64,000 nucleotides of DNA from Chitinophagaceae bacterium (GCA_036675745.1 JAKFEJ010000002.1:959-64958); one strand, 5' to 3'; shown: positions 42,320-53,429, numbered from the stretch's first letter. Notes: generated by a model not told the origin, from the letters alone. Program-made: numbers and translations.

Positions 42320-42412
42320 TGTTAAAAAATTTAAAGTTCCTGGTCTTTACAAGCTCTGAACGAATATACATCCCTAAAAAAACAATAATGCCATCTCCAT
42401 GCTAAACATCAA

Positions 42413-42436
42413 AATAACGTTTCCGGTATCGTTGCC
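42413..42436. promoter_or_regulatory. Putative LacI operator upstream of susC
   Basis: AATAACGTTTCCGGTATCGTTGCC. Confidence 0.7.
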
Positions 42437-42553
42437 GATCAATTTTCCCTGCTCCGTTTTTTGCTTAAAAGCATATGCCGACTTTTTCATACAAGAAAAA
42501 ATAAAAAACCACAACGCATACAAAGTATTTTATAAGTAACAGTATGCTCCCGT

Positions 42554-42597
42554 CAACGTTACCGGTTCAATTGTGATTGCCGCTGCCGGTAACCGTT
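42554..42597. promoter_or_regulatory. Putative LacI operator(s) upstream of the beta-helix gene
   Basis: CAACGTTACCGG and CGCTGCCGGTAACCGTT. Confidence 0.55.
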
Positions 42598-42634
42598 TTT
42601 TATTCGTCTACTTTGTAATAAAATAAAGAGCAAA

Positions 42635-44845
42635 ATGAAATTTAATTTTCCATTGAAGTTATCATTCAGAATGGTTTTACTTCTTCTATTACTGGCAACA
42701 CAAACAACAGCAGTAGAAGCGCAGCAAAAAGAAACCGTTATTCGAAAGGGCGATGTTATCACGAGGTCTATAAAAGTAAAGAGGGGCACCTACTATTTTA
42801 TAAACAATGATTCGCTGACACCGTCTCTTATTATTGACGGAGATAATATTACTGTTGATTTTAATGGCGCCGTATTAAAAGGAAGCAAGAATTTAACAGA
42901 GCCTGATACCTTTTCCGGAATTGGCATCATCATCAAAAAGGGGAAAAATATCATTCTCAAAAATGCCGTTATTAATGGCTTTAAAGTGGCTGTGCTTGCT
43001 ACCCATGCAGAAAACCTGCAAATAACTAATAGCAATTTTTCTTATAACTACAGGCAACGTTTAAAAAGCGGGAGGTTTAAAGAGGACCTGAGTGACTGGC
43101 AAAGCTATCATCACAATGATAAAGATGAATGGCTCCGCTTTGGTGCAGGTATCTATCTCAACTCCTGCGATAATGCCGTTATTGCTAATAATATTATTAC
43201 AGACGGTCAATGCGGCCTGATGATGACCCATTGTAATAACGGAAAAGTATATAATAATAATTTCTCTTTCAATTCGGGAGTGGGAATTGGTATGTACCGA
43301 AGCAACAAAAACTATATTCTGAATAATAAAATAGACTGGAATGTAAGAGGCTATAGCTATGGTTATTATTACAGGGGCCAGGATTCAGGCGGCATTCTCG
43401 CATTTGATCAATGCAGTGATAATGTATTTGCAAACAATTCGGTTACTCATTCAGGAGATGGTTTTTTCCTTTGGGCAGGTCAGCAAACTATTGATCATGG
43501 TACAGGAGGTTGTAATGACAACCTGATTTATGGTAACGATTTTTCTTATGCACCTACCAATGGCGTAGAGATTACATTCAGCCGTAACAAGGTGATCAAA
43601 AATAAAATGCATGGCTGCTGGCATGGGATATGGGGCGGATTCAGCTATAATACGGTGATCGTGAAAAATGATTTTGGAGGCAACCTCGCAGGAATTTCTA
43701 TAGAGCATGGCCAGGACAATATTATTGAGCAAAATAGTTTTACCGAAGATAGCCTCGCTATTGAATTGTGGGCAATTCCCAACAGGAAAGCGGATTTCGG
43801 TTTAATGAAAAATAAAGATACCCGCAGCAGGGATTATTCTATAACCAATAACGTTTTCACTAAGGTGCCCACCGTTTATTCTATCAAAAACACGGAGTCC
43901 ATCACTATCGCTGATAACCATGCTTCGGAATACAGAACCCTGCAAAAAACAGATTCTCTTGTAAAAAACATTAGCTATAAAAACGAAAAACCTCTTTATG
44001 ATTATACCAGCGATAGTCTTTTCATCACATCGCTGTTGCCGGGTATAAAGAAACAAGATGTTAATTTACCGCCAGGTCATCTGCAAGGGAAGAAAGCTAT
44101 CATGATGACCGAATGGGGGCCTTATAATTTTCGTTATCCTTTACTTTGGTGGACGAAAACAGATCCGTCAGGTAAAATGTATTTTGAAATAAACGGCCCT
44201 GAAGGAAAATGGAAAATCAGGAAAATACAGGGCGTAAAACTTTTATCGGCATCAAAAGGGAATATACCCGGCACATTCGAAGTACAAAAAGATGCCGCTT
44301 CTGAAGACCGGATAAATATCGAGCTGGAATATTCAGGTGAAAAAATAGTCTCCCCATTTGGAGAAATAATACCTGCCGGTCGCAGTTATGTTTTTGCATA
44401 TAAAGAACCCGATTTGCCAATGAACTGGGATGTGAGTTGGTTCCGGTTTGATTCAACAAACGATCCTGTTAAAAAACCAGCAGCATTCAACGCCTTATTG
44501 AAGAGTGCACCCATCAAAAAAGTGCAAATTAGTTCGCTTGATTATGATAAAGTGAAAGGACAAAGCAAAGAACTACCACATTCAAAATTTGCCACACTCG
44601 TAAATACCAGTGTGAATGCATCAAAAGGAACCTATCGTATTGGTGTAACTGCCGGCGACATCATAAGAGTTTATATAGATAACAAACTGGTAATTGATTC
44701 CTGGAATCCTTCAGCCATTGTTTTTGATGCGGACTATCACAAAGACGCCATAGTAAAACTGGATGGCAAACATCATATTAAAATCGTACAAGCGCAATAC
44801 GGAAGTTATGGAATGCTCTCCTGTAGCATCAAACAAATCGACTAA
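42635..44845 (+). CDS. Secreted right-handed parallel beta-helix (NosD/pectin-lyase-like fold) protein with C-terminal PA14-like domain
   Basis: Signal peptide; repeated Asn-rich coils (NNNFSFNSGVGIGMY, NNSVTHSGDGFFLW); GDIIRVYIDNKLVIDSW in the C-terminus. Confidence 0.78.
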   Translation: MKFNFPLKLSFRMVLLLLLLATQTTAVEAQQKETVIRKGDVITRSIKVKRGTYYFINNDSLTPSLIIDGDNITVDFNGAVLKGSKNLTEPDTFSGIGIIIKKGKNIILKNAVINGFKVAVLATHAENLQITNSNFSYNYRQRLKSGRFKEDLSDWQSYHHNDKDEWLRFGAGIYLNSCDNAVIANNIITDGQCGLMMTHCNNGKVYNNNFSFNSGVGIGMYRSNKNYILNNKIDWNVRGYSYGYYYRGQDSGGILAFDQCSDNVFANNSVTHSGDGFFLWAGQQTIDHGTGGCNDNLIYGNDFSYAPTNGVEITFSRNKVIKNKMHGCWHGIWGGFSYNTVIVKNDFGGNLAGISIEHGQDNIIEQNSFTEDSLAIELWAIPNRKADFGLMKNKDTRSRDYSITNNVFTKVPTVYSIKNTESITIADNHASEYRTLQKTDSLVKNISYKNEKPLYDYTSDSLFITSLLPGIKKQDVNLPPGHLQGKKAIMMTEWGPYNFRYPLLWWTKTDPSGKMYFEINGPEGKWKIRKIQGVKLLSASKGNIPGTFEVQKDAASEDRINIELEYSGEKIVSPFGEIIPAGRSYVFAYKEPDLPMNWDVSWFRFDSTNDPVKKPAAFNALLKSAPIKKVQISSLDYDKVKGQSKELPHSKFATLVNTSVNASKGTYRIGVTAGDIIRVYIDNKLVIDSWNPSAIVFDADYHKDAIVKLDGKHHIKIVQAQYGSYGMLSCSIKQID

Positions 44846-44934
44846 GGAGCAGATCCATTAAAGAGAGAATCTCAAAAACAAAATGAAGGCTTTGCTAACT
44901 ACCTGAATAAAACCTTCTGCGTAAGGATCAAAAT

Positions 44935-44973
44935 AAAAAGAGGCTGTCACAAATTCGTGACAGCCTCTTTTTT
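44935..44973. terminator. Bidirectional terminator
   Basis: AAAAAGAGGCTGTCAC-aaattc-GTGACAGCCTCTTTTT between convergent genes. Confidence 0.85.
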
Positions 44974-44996
44974 ACATAAAACTGGTATGCAAAGCT

Positions 44997-46958
44997 CTAT
45001 TTATTGTTTATTCTAATGTCTTTTATTACAGAAGGAAGCCATACCTGCATATCGTTAGCGCCACGGTTGTTCCAGCTAAAATAAGGGATAGCCGTAATTT
45101 TTCTTTTGATCGTGGATACTGATTGTGCATCGTCGCTTACAGTTAGTACCGGTGCTTCAAAACGAATCGTGTTAACGCCTCCTAATAATGAGGGCACAAA
45201 TGTTGTTTCAAAAACAGTATTCGCAGGTACAACCAGGCCACGGTTAGCATCAGGGTTATCTGCACCTTCCACACAATACATTAAAGGACCATATTGCAAA
45301 GCTATACGGTTACTATTTTGTTTAACCGCGGCATTGCTTACAACCCGCTTTACTTTCATCGGAAATTCAATGTTTACCACATCGCCTTTTTTCCAGGAGC
45401 GATTTATAACAGCATATCCATTCACATTATTATACTCAGTCTTTACACCGTTCACTAATAGTACCGGTTCCACTTTCTCCTGCGTTTCATATTTGTACAG
45501 TTCACCCGGCGCCGCTTCGTTCAACCATCCTGGTATGCGGATGCGTAATTCAAAGTTTTGTTTTTTGGAAGGCGCTAAAGTAAGTTTCACATTGCCATGC
45601 CATGGATAACCTGTTTCCATCGTAAGGCCAATATTATTTTTTCCCAATGAAATATTGGTATTACTTCCCGCAAATAAATTTACCCATACCGCGTTGGCCG
45701 AAGTGGCATAAATATAACTACCAAGCGAACTCACCAGCCTTGCGATATTCGACGGGCAACAAGCGGTACCAAACCATTCTCTCCTGTTATTATTACCCGA
45801 AGAGGCTAATGGATTGCCATAAAAAAAACGATCGCCCGATAATGACAATCCATCTAATGCACCGTTGTATAAACTTCTTTCCAGTACATCAATGTACTTT
45901 GCATTGCCTGACAACATGTTCATCCGCTGATTCCAGAATACCATCCCTACCGATGCACAAGTTTCGCAATAAGCAGTTTCATTAGGTAAATCATAAGGCT
46001 TACCGAACCCTTCATTTGTCCCCTGCGCTCCTATCCCACCCGTAATATACATGTGGCGATAGACCACATCCTGCCACACCGAATCCATCGCGGTGATATA
46101 ACCGGCATCATTGGTTACTGCAGCTACATCAGCCGCACCGGTATATAAATACATAGCCCTTACCGCATGGCCTGTAATTTTCCGCTGGTCTTTCACAGGT
46201 ACTTTATCCTGGCAATAATCAGGATCTTTCCATTGATCCCATATTACTCCTTTACCAAAGCCTTTTCCACGTTGCTCCAAAAACCAATCGGACAATTGCA
46301 GGTAGCGATTATTTTTCGTATGATGATACAACTTCATCAATGCAAGTTCTATTTCCTGGTGTCCGGAAACCCAGGGCCTGTTTTGCAATCTGAAAAAAGA
46401 ATCGATGTGATTGGCAAAACGAATAGCTGTATTAAGCAGCTTATCTTTTTTAGTTGTATTGTAATAAGCTATCCCTGCTTCAATAAGATGGCCCGCACAA
46501 TAGTCTTCATGCTTTTCCATATCCGTCCACCTTTTATTGATATCCGTCAGTTCATAATAGGTGTTGAGGTATCCATCAGGTAATTGCGCAGCCGAAATTT
46601 TATCAATCCAATCATCGGTAGTTTTTTCCAGTTCAGCATCCGGATGGTTTTTTAAAGAATAAGCGATGGCTTCGATAGCTTTATATACATCGGAATCATC
46701 GTAATAAATTCCTTCATGTTTGCCGGAACGTTTTCCTGCATTTTCGAAATTCCTGATACGGCCTGTTTTATTCTGTGTATAATTTACGCAGGCATCAATC
46801 GTAGCATTGGCCACGGTTTCCATTTTTGGTTTCCAGAAAGCATCTGTTATTGCTACTTGTGCAAAATTGACGGGATATAATTTCTGTAACGAAGTCTGTG
46901 CTTTTACTGAAGTAAGAACAATTAATGAAATGGCTATGCCCGAAATTTTTTTTCTCAT
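44997..46958 (-). CDS. GH127 beta-L-arabinofuranosidase family glycosidase
   Basis: DSDVYK, HEDYCAGHLIEA, GHQEIELAL, GHAVRAMY, YCETCASVG, ACCPSNIAR. Confidence 0.92.
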   Translation of the reverse strand: MRKKISGIAISLIVLTSVKAQTSLQKLYPVNFAQVAITDAFWKPKMETVANATIDACVNYTQNKTGRIRNFENAGKRSGKHEGIYYDDSDVYKAIEAIAYSLKNHPDAELEKTTDDWIDKISAAQLPDGYLNTYYELTDINKRWTDMEKHEDYCAGHLIEAGIAYYNTTKKDKLLNTAIRFANHIDSFFRLQNRPWVSGHQEIELALMKLYHHTKNNRYLQLSDWFLEQRGKGFGKGVIWDQWKDPDYCQDKVPVKDQRKITGHAVRAMYLYTGAADVAAVTNDAGYITAMDSVWQDVVYRHMYITGGIGAQGTNEGFGKPYDLPNETAYCETCASVGMVFWNQRMNMLSGNAKYIDVLERSLYNGALDGLSLSGDRFFYGNPLASSGNNNRREWFGTACCPSNIARLVSSLGSYIYATSANAVWVNLFAGSNTNISLGKNNIGLTMETGYPWHGNVKLTLAPSKKQNFELRIRIPGWLNEAAPGELYKYETQEKVEPVLLVNGVKTEYNNVNGYAVINRSWKKGDVVNIEFPMKVKRVVSNAAVKQNSNRIALQYGPLMYCVEGADNPDANRGLVVPANTVFETTFVPSLLGGVNTIRFEAPVLTVSDDAQSVSTIKRKITAIPYFSWNNRGANDMQVWLPSVIKDIRINNK

Positions 46959-47048
46959 CGGTAAATATTTATTGTTTCGCTTTCCACTTTTTATTTACTA
47001 AATCAATCTTATACAACAATTCAAATTTTAGTATTATAAGAACTCTGC

Positions 47049-50000
47049 TTAAAGGAGCTCTACTTCTATTTTCTTGCGTGGATATTTTTCTTTTTCACCC
47101 TTACCTGTCTCTACCTGCAAAGTAATGATATCGCCTTCGTTTCTTATCACAATTGCACCGGTTACTTTTCCTATTGACCCCTTGTGATATAATTTTAATT
47201 CATAAACTGTACCCGGTTGTCCGGATACCTCTGCCGTATATTTATTTCCCAGCATAGTTTCTGAAATAACCTGTGCACCTTTTGAATGATCACCAGGCTG
47301 GGGCAAAGAAACTATTGGTAAAATACCTATTCCGCCAACTGTTTCTACTTCAACAATATCCTTTCCAATCCTTGTTGTAAAAGATAATTGCAAGACTAAT
47401 CCCTGCGGTTTGATTTGTACATGGAAAGGAACATCACGGCCATTTATCGTCACTGATTTTATAGTTGTATGCAAAGGGAATACAGGATTAAAATCAAGCG
47501 TTATGGATTTATCCGTGTTAATTGTAAAAGCAGTAAGGCCTGCTTTCTTTTTCATATCCAATTGCAACAGGGCATCTTTCATGCGGATATTGCGTACCGA
47601 ACAGAACTCCCAGTTCCATGGAAAATATGGCGATAACTGAAGATGGTTCGCCATAGCATCAGGTCTTAATCCCAGCATACCTTCAATAGCTGGCTGCAAT
47701 ACCATGGTTTCGCTCCATGCCTGGTGGCTGCAAACTCCGTTTGGTTTAAATGTATCGCCATTTAACGTTTCTTCAATACTCCCGGGTGACCAATGACGAT
47801 ATTGCAAAAGATTATTCATGATATGCTGAAAGCCTGACCTGTAATGGCCTGTTTTATACTCAGACAGAGCCGCCCAGCCCCCATATAATGGCCAAACCAT
47901 ACCAGCATGATAACTATTAGCCCTGTATTTTTTGCTGCTATCTTCTATCATGCGTATGCCCCAATCGGTAGAAAAATAATTATTTCCGAACCGGCTACTT
48001 ACTTGTTGTTCTTTGCGGTTATCGGTAACTGCATCGAAATATACTGGCACAGCAGCCAATACGGTAGCATCCGGCATATACGATCCGTCCTGCATTTTAC
48101 CATTGTAAAAAAACTTATCTTTTTCATTCCAGAAATCACGATCTATAACCTGCTTTACTTTAACAGCATCTGCCGCATATTGTGCTGCCTCTTTTATACC
48201 AATATATTTTGCCATATAAGCGGCGCCATCTAATGCAGCGGCCCAGGTTCCGGCAAGATAAAACTCAGTATGTGTTCCAAACAACGCCCCCCCTTCAATC
48301 CAGCCATGTCCTACGTTCGTATTTTCGATTAACCCATCATTATCTGTATCCGTACTATAGCAAAAGGCTAACGCTTTCTGTATCTCCGGCCAGCGATAAC
48401 GTATATAGTCCGAATCTCCGCTATACTTCAGGTAATGTGCAGCGAGTACAACAAACAAGGGTGTAGCATCCGATGCATCATAATGCACAGCACCACTGGA
48501 AGAAAGTTCATGATAAATTTTTCCATTTACATCCTGGAAGCGGATAAATGTTTCCAGGGTCTCTTTTACCATCGCAAAATCGCCGTAGGCATTTATCGCC
48601 ATAGCGCTCCATTGTCCATCGCGTCCGAAATACCAGGCATAACCAGGACGGCCACTGATTTTTTGTGCACCATTCCAACCTCGTGCTGTCGTTCCAAATC
48701 CCGCCATCAATGCGGTACCAATGCCCGGTGTTGTTTGCAGAAACTGATCTGTTCTGGCAAGGGCCCATTTATAACCACTATTAAAAAGCGTATCAGGTGT
48801 TATAAAATGAAGATGGTTATTTAAAAGATTGGTATAATACTGATTTGATCTTTCAAAAAGCCTGCTCATTTTTTGCTTATTCGCTGCAAACAATTGTACA
48901 GCATCCTTTACACTTTCCGTACTGCCGGTTATATATATATTGACCGCCGATTTATTGCTTACCCTAAAATCAGCTTGTACTTTTACCTGGCTCAATGAAT
49001 CCACCGCCCATATTTTTTGTTGCAGCGGTTTATTGCTATACGTTACTACAGTATTTAGCGCACCTTGTTGTCCACTGATTATATGGCCATTAATAGCAGG
49101 ACTAAATGCATACTTTATACTACCTGTAGCTTCATGCGAATAAGGCCACATGTACCGCAGGTTGGATGCATACGTAACGGAAACTTCTTTCACATCATTC
49201 CCTTCTATTTCCAGGTGGGCTACGCCATTGGGTTCGTCAAAGGAAACAGTGTATATTTCTTTCAGTGTTGTATTTTTTATCTTATAAATTCTAACCAGGT
49301 ATCCGGGAGTTATTTCTACAGCCGCAGGAATATGTTTAAGCCATGAGATAGAATCCGTACCAGCTACTTTTACACCCAATTGCAAATCACGCAATGCCAT
49401 ATAAGGATGCATCCATATTTCATCAACACCGCCATTCATTCCACCCATCCACAAGATCCGCCGTCCTACCAGGTCATAAAAATCCTTTGTAGCAACGGGT
49501 TGAGTCATTCGTAAGGTTGGCTTGGGTAAGGTCCATACCGTTGCAGCCACCGGTTGTATAGCGGGCAATGAAAAAGATGACGCATTGATGTTTTGCCGCT
49601 GGTAATTCCAATATTCTTTTTTTATATCCCTTATCTGTCCGGCGGTGTACCGAAAAACATTTTTGGTAAAATGATACAGATGCTCCTGGTTATAATTATC
49701 CGTATTATAATACAGGTAAGCACCGGCAGCAATAATAGCTCCTTTGCCTAATTTATATTCCAGTAATAATTTATTTGGTTCTGTAAAAGTAATATAGGTC
49801 CATTGAATGCCGGCCACTTTTCCAACTTGTGGTATTGCCTTGTCAAAAAAACCATGCTTACGTACCTCATGATCCATTTTTTGTTTAGTGCTGTAAACGC
49901 CACCTTTTAATCCACTAAATAATGGATGGGACTTAAATGCATGGAAGCCCGCCGGCCGGCCAAAACCTTTATCTACCAACGTATCTTTCCTGAATTGAAA

Positions 50001-50387
50001 TGCTGCTGGTTCTATTTTCCATTGATTGAGCAACGGAACAGATTCCATAGACAGAAACAGTTTTCCACCCGCTTGTACAAATTTTTTGATCGCTATTCCT
50101 GCTGCTATTTCATTCTTATCAAATGAAACCGTATCGGTACGATGATACCATACATGAGTAAACCTGCTTAAGTTTTTTTCATTTTTTATTTCTTTTAAAT
50201 CTATCACCGAGTATGTCCAGCCGGTTTCTGATCGAAGTAGTTTTTCAATGGCAGACAATTCTCCTTTTTCAATATGATTGCTGACAAGTGCAATATTCAT
50301 GGCCCGCTTACCGGATGCTGTTACCTGTGCAATGCCTGATAAAGCGATCATCAAAAAATACACGGTGAAAAATCCTTTCCAGATCAT
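47049..50387 (-). CDS. Secreted (alpha/alpha)6-barrel glycoside hydrolase, amylo-alpha-1,6-glucosidase/GDE-like, with N-terminal GATase-like (DUF4960-like) domain
   Basis: GRPGYAWYFGRDG, DASDATPLF, DTDNDGLIEN, YHAGMVWPL, HQAWSE. Confidence 0.75.
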   Translation of the reverse strand: MIWKGFFTVYFLMIALSGIAQVTASGKRAMNIALVSNHIEKGELSAIEKLLRSETGWTYSVIDLKEIKNEKNLSRFTHVWYHRTDTVSFDKNEIAAGIAIKKFVQAGGKLFLSMESVPLLNQWKIEPAAFQFRKDTLVDKGFGRPAGFHAFKSHPLFSGLKGGVYSTKQKMDHEVRKHGFFDKAIPQVGKVAGIQWTYITFTEPNKLLLEYKLGKGAIIAAGAYLYYNTDNYNQEHLYHFTKNVFRYTAGQIRDIKKEYWNYQRQNINASSFSLPAIQPVAATVWTLPKPTLRMTQPVATKDFYDLVGRRILWMGGMNGGVDEIWMHPYMALRDLQLGVKVAGTDSISWLKHIPAAVEITPGYLVRIYKIKNTTLKEIYTVSFDEPNGVAHLEIEGNDVKEVSVTYASNLRYMWPYSHEATGSIKYAFSPAINGHIISGQQGALNTVVTYSNKPLQQKIWAVDSLSQVKVQADFRVSNKSAVNIYITGSTESVKDAVQLFAANKQKMSRLFERSNQYYTNLLNNHLHFITPDTLFNSGYKWALARTDQFLQTTPGIGTALMAGFGTTARGWNGAQKISGRPGYAWYFGRDGQWSAMAINAYGDFAMVKETLETFIRFQDVNGKIYHELSSSGAVHYDASDATPLFVVLAAHYLKYSGDSDYIRYRWPEIQKALAFCYSTDTDNDGLIENTNVGHGWIEGGALFGTHTEFYLAGTWAAALDGAAYMAKYIGIKEAAQYAADAVKVKQVIDRDFWNEKDKFFYNGKMQDGSYMPDATVLAAVPVYFDAVTDNRKEQQVSSRFGNNYFSTDWGIRMIEDSSKKYRANSYHAGMVWPLYGGWAALSEYKTGHYRSGFQHIMNNLLQYRHWSPGSIEETLNGDTFKPNGVCSHQAWSETMVLQPAIEGMLGLRPDAMANHLQLSPYFPWNWEFCSVRNIRMKDALLQLDMKKKAGLTAFTINTDKSITLDFNPVFPLHTTIKSVTINGRDVPFHVQIKPQGLVLQLSFTTRIGKDIVEVETVGGIGILPIVSLPQPGDHSKGAQVISETMLGNKYTAEVSGQPGTVYELKLYHKGSIGKVTGAIVIRNEGDIITLQVETGKGEKEKYPRKKIEVELL

Positions 50388-50507
50388 TACTTATTTATTA
50401 TACTGTTATAATTATATGGATAATGCTTTATTTCAAAAGCATTATCCATTTTACTATTCATTATTACTTACCAGGAAATTAAAATAGCCTGCTGCAATTG
50501 CTGCTAT

Positions 50508-53315
50508 TTATTCCGCATCTTTTACACACCTGAACCCAACCGTAGCATTACGTTCAAAGCCCTGGTTGACACGTAATAGAAACTGGCGGTAATGTAATTC
50601 TCTTGGTCCGCCCTGCACATACCACCAGCTACTGGAAGGTTTAAAATAAGAGCCGCCTTTCATCATGATATAACGATAGCTGCCGCTCATATAAAGATCA
50701 TTGGTTAGTTGCCATACAGAACCTACCAGGTCCTGCAGCCCATAAGGGTTCGCACCTTGCGGATACTTCCCTACAGGATATAGTTCTCCATCACCCAGGT
50801 TGCATAAAGAAGAGTCAATACCTTCTAAAGCAGACACCGTAAGCGTTTCAGTGATCACTTGCTGTTTTCTTTTAACAGGTGTTGTTTGCTTCCAGGGCCA
50901 TTCGTTTCCATCCGGTGTTTGCGCTGCATATTGCCATTCAATTTCTGCAGGTAATCTCTTACCGGCCCATTTGGCATAAGCTTTTGCATCTTCATAACTA
51001 ATATATACAACAGGAAAGTTTTCTTTGCCCGCAGGAATTTTCTCTTTGATCCAATGTTTTAGATAATTTACCGGATCCGATGGTTTGTAATCAGATGATT
51101 TTATAAATTGAAGGTACTGTGCATTTGTAACCGGGAATTTATCCATATACATAGCCAGCATTTCAAATGTTTCTCCTACATCCTGTTTAGGATAAGAAAT
51201 AAATGCGTCGCCATAAGTTCCTTTGAACTGAAAATTGCCTGCAGGAATTTTTACCATACCCGGAGGAGCAACAGTAGCCCGTTTTGTTTTTTGAACAGTA
51301 GAAATGCGACGTGATTCACCTGCTGCAACAGATACTATGTATTCATCCAGCAGAATTCCTTTATCCATCAGTTGTATCACGAAATCACCTTCAAAGCGGC
51401 CGAATTTTTCATGCAATGATAATTCATACTTGCCGGGCTTTATCACCAACGGCTTTTTATCATAGGAAGGATGCCCTGCCCAGATACGGATCTCATCCCC
51501 TTTTGCGGGAGTTGCCAGTTTCAACAGGTCGCCATTGCGGGTAGCTGTAATTAATATGGGCAATTTAGCGATACAATCTACCTCCCCTTCATTATTGGTT
51601 CCTAAATACTTTTTATTAAAAGCATTTGTTTCCGCTTCTATCCACCATGCATCATTATTTTGCTTTGGCGATAATAAACGGTGATGCCACAGATCAACAA
51701 AATGATAATCTTCTTCCGGTTGCACTTTAAACAAATAATCATTATAGCCTTCAGGACGCACACTGTAAATAGTATAAATTGTTTTCCCTGTCAAAGCCCA
51801 TTCATTCACCCATATATTATCTGCCGAAGTTTCAATGAGTGGCTTATATCCCCGTGCAACAAAATTGTATGTATTCTCTCTTAATATCCGGCTGGTGCGA
51901 CCAAGATATCTATATTGCTCTTCAGCCCATTCAGGCTGCCCGGGCGACATAATATTCATCTCCGTTCCATAACCATTAAAGAACGACGTAGCAAATTCTC
52001 TTTGTATCCGTTCTTTGAATAATTCAGCCACCCGGTAAATAGTAAATTCAGGTTTAATCAATTTATTCAAATTCAACATAGGCGGATAATACAAGGCATT
52101 ATGAACACGACCGGAAACAATGCCTGCCATGTCTTTTGGCACAGCCATACCCTCACTATACATAATAACACCGGGTCTTATCTTGTCAGCCGCATCCTGC
52201 AGCTCCTTGCTTGATTCGCCTTTTGTATCCAACACCATTCCATCGGCTGAAGTAGCTGCAATCAATTTTGAAATACCTTCAAAATGGTTTTCATTGCGGG
52301 TACTTTCATCCCAGGGATTATAACAGATAAATAATTTTGTTCCGTTCTTACGGCATTGCGAAGCTATCTCTTTTACTTTGGCCGTCCCGCCCGGAAGATC
52401 TTCGAATAAATCAAACTGGTTTCGCTGGTCCAGACCCAATGTTGGCCAGGTAGGCCAGATGCTGATAAAATCATCACCGCCATATAATTTATTTCCGCGT
52501 TGCAGAAATTCGTTAATATGAAATTTTTTATCGGCATAATCATAATAAAATTTATCCCAGTTCATCATCAGGTGATTGACATAAGTATGCCGCACCCATT
52601 GCAAGTCTTTCCTTTCAAATAATGAATTGTCAAAATTTTCAACATCATATAACATTCGTTTCTGAAATATTTGCTGCAGGCCGCTTTGCCAATCACCTTT
52701 TACAGCTTCAGCATAAAATTTATATTCAACCGATCCACCGGGATACAATTTTGTTTCAAACCGCGAACGTGTACCTTTTTGTATAGCAGCCCTGTTTCTC
52801 CTGACCAATGCGGCCAGTTGCAATTGACCTGAAATTTCAAAAGTATTAAAACCAAGATCCCATGCATTATCCGGTACAACCACGTTGACCGGTTGCTTAC
52901 CGGGCATGAAAAGATGTGTGCGGGATAAACCATGTTTTCCTTTACCCGTAATATAAACGCGGTCTGCACCTTCTCCAAAAGGAACTACGTTCTCTAACTG
53001 CAATGTATCGTTGCTTTTATTGGAGAAAACGACAGCAGCAGTAATACCAGCAGCGCCTGCCTGCAGGCCGGATAACTTTACTTTCAGTTTATCCGAAAAA
53101 CTTCCAGGCTGGTTTGACTGATATAGTTTTCCATCCATCATAAAACTAACCAATGGCATAGACGGTTGCGTTGCCTGATGCTTTATACTACCTAATATAA
53201 ATTGCCTGACCTCCAGCGAGTCCGGCGATAAACCGAGCCCGGTTAAAATAAGTTGAGCCGGTGCCAGCATATAAAGCCCGATAGTTACTATAAAAAGGCA
53301 AACTATTTTTTTCAT
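50508..53315 (-). CDS. Secreted protein with uncharacterised N-terminal domains and a C-terminal FGE/SUMF1-like domain
   Basis: C-terminal PVTNAQY, PVVYISYEDAKAYAKWAGKRLPAEIEWQYAA, NPYGLQDLVGSVWQ, GFRCV. Confidence 0.8.
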   Translation of the reverse strand: MKKIVCLFIVTIGLYMLAPAQLILTGLGLSPDSLEVRQFILGSIKHQATQPSMPLVSFMMDGKLYQSNQPGSFSDKLKVKLSGLQAGAAGITAAVVFSNKSNDTLQLENVVPFGEGADRVYITGKGKHGLSRTHLFMPGKQPVNVVVPDNAWDLGFNTFEISGQLQLAALVRRNRAAIQKGTRSRFETKLYPGGSVEYKFYAEAVKGDWQSGLQQIFQKRMLYDVENFDNSLFERKDLQWVRHTYVNHLMMNWDKFYYDYADKKFHINEFLQRGNKLYGGDDFISIWPTWPTLGLDQRNQFDLFEDLPGGTAKVKEIASQCRKNGTKLFICYNPWDESTRNENHFEGISKLIAATSADGMVLDTKGESSKELQDAADKIRPGVIMYSEGMAVPKDMAGIVSGRVHNALYYPPMLNLNKLIKPEFTIYRVAELFKERIQREFATSFFNGYGTEMNIMSPGQPEWAEEQYRYLGRTSRILRENTYNFVARGYKPLIETSADNIWVNEWALTGKTIYTIYSVRPEGYNDYLFKVQPEEDYHFVDLWHHRLLSPKQNNDAWWIEAETNAFNKKYLGTNNEGEVDCIAKLPILITATRNGDLLKLATPAKGDEIRIWAGHPSYDKKPLVIKPGKYELSLHEKFGRFEGDFVIQLMDKGILLDEYIVSVAAGESRRISTVQKTKRATVAPPGMVKIPAGNFQFKGTYGDAFISYPKQDVGETFEMLAMYMDKFPVTNAQYLQFIKSSDYKPSDPVNYLKHWIKEKIPAGKENFPVVYISYEDAKAYAKWAGKRLPAEIEWQYAAQTPDGNEWPWKQTTPVKRKQQVITETLTVSALEGIDSSLCNLGDGELYPVGKYPQGANPYGLQDLVGSVWQLTNDLYMSGSYRYIMMKGGSYFKPSSSWWYVQGGPRELHYRQFLLRVNQGFERNATVGFRCVKDAE

Positions 53316-53429
53316 TCCTTATGATTATTTTTTTACCAGATAAAAAATCGCTGGCAGTCAGAATTTTATTTTCCGGATGAAATTAGAGGAACAAATACTT
53401 ATTGCGAAATAATCACAGCCCTGTTAACC

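Noticed and set aside
50508-53315. Sulfatase-maturation system
   Set aside because: The FGE catalytic cysteines are missing and no sulfatase gene was recognised in the window.
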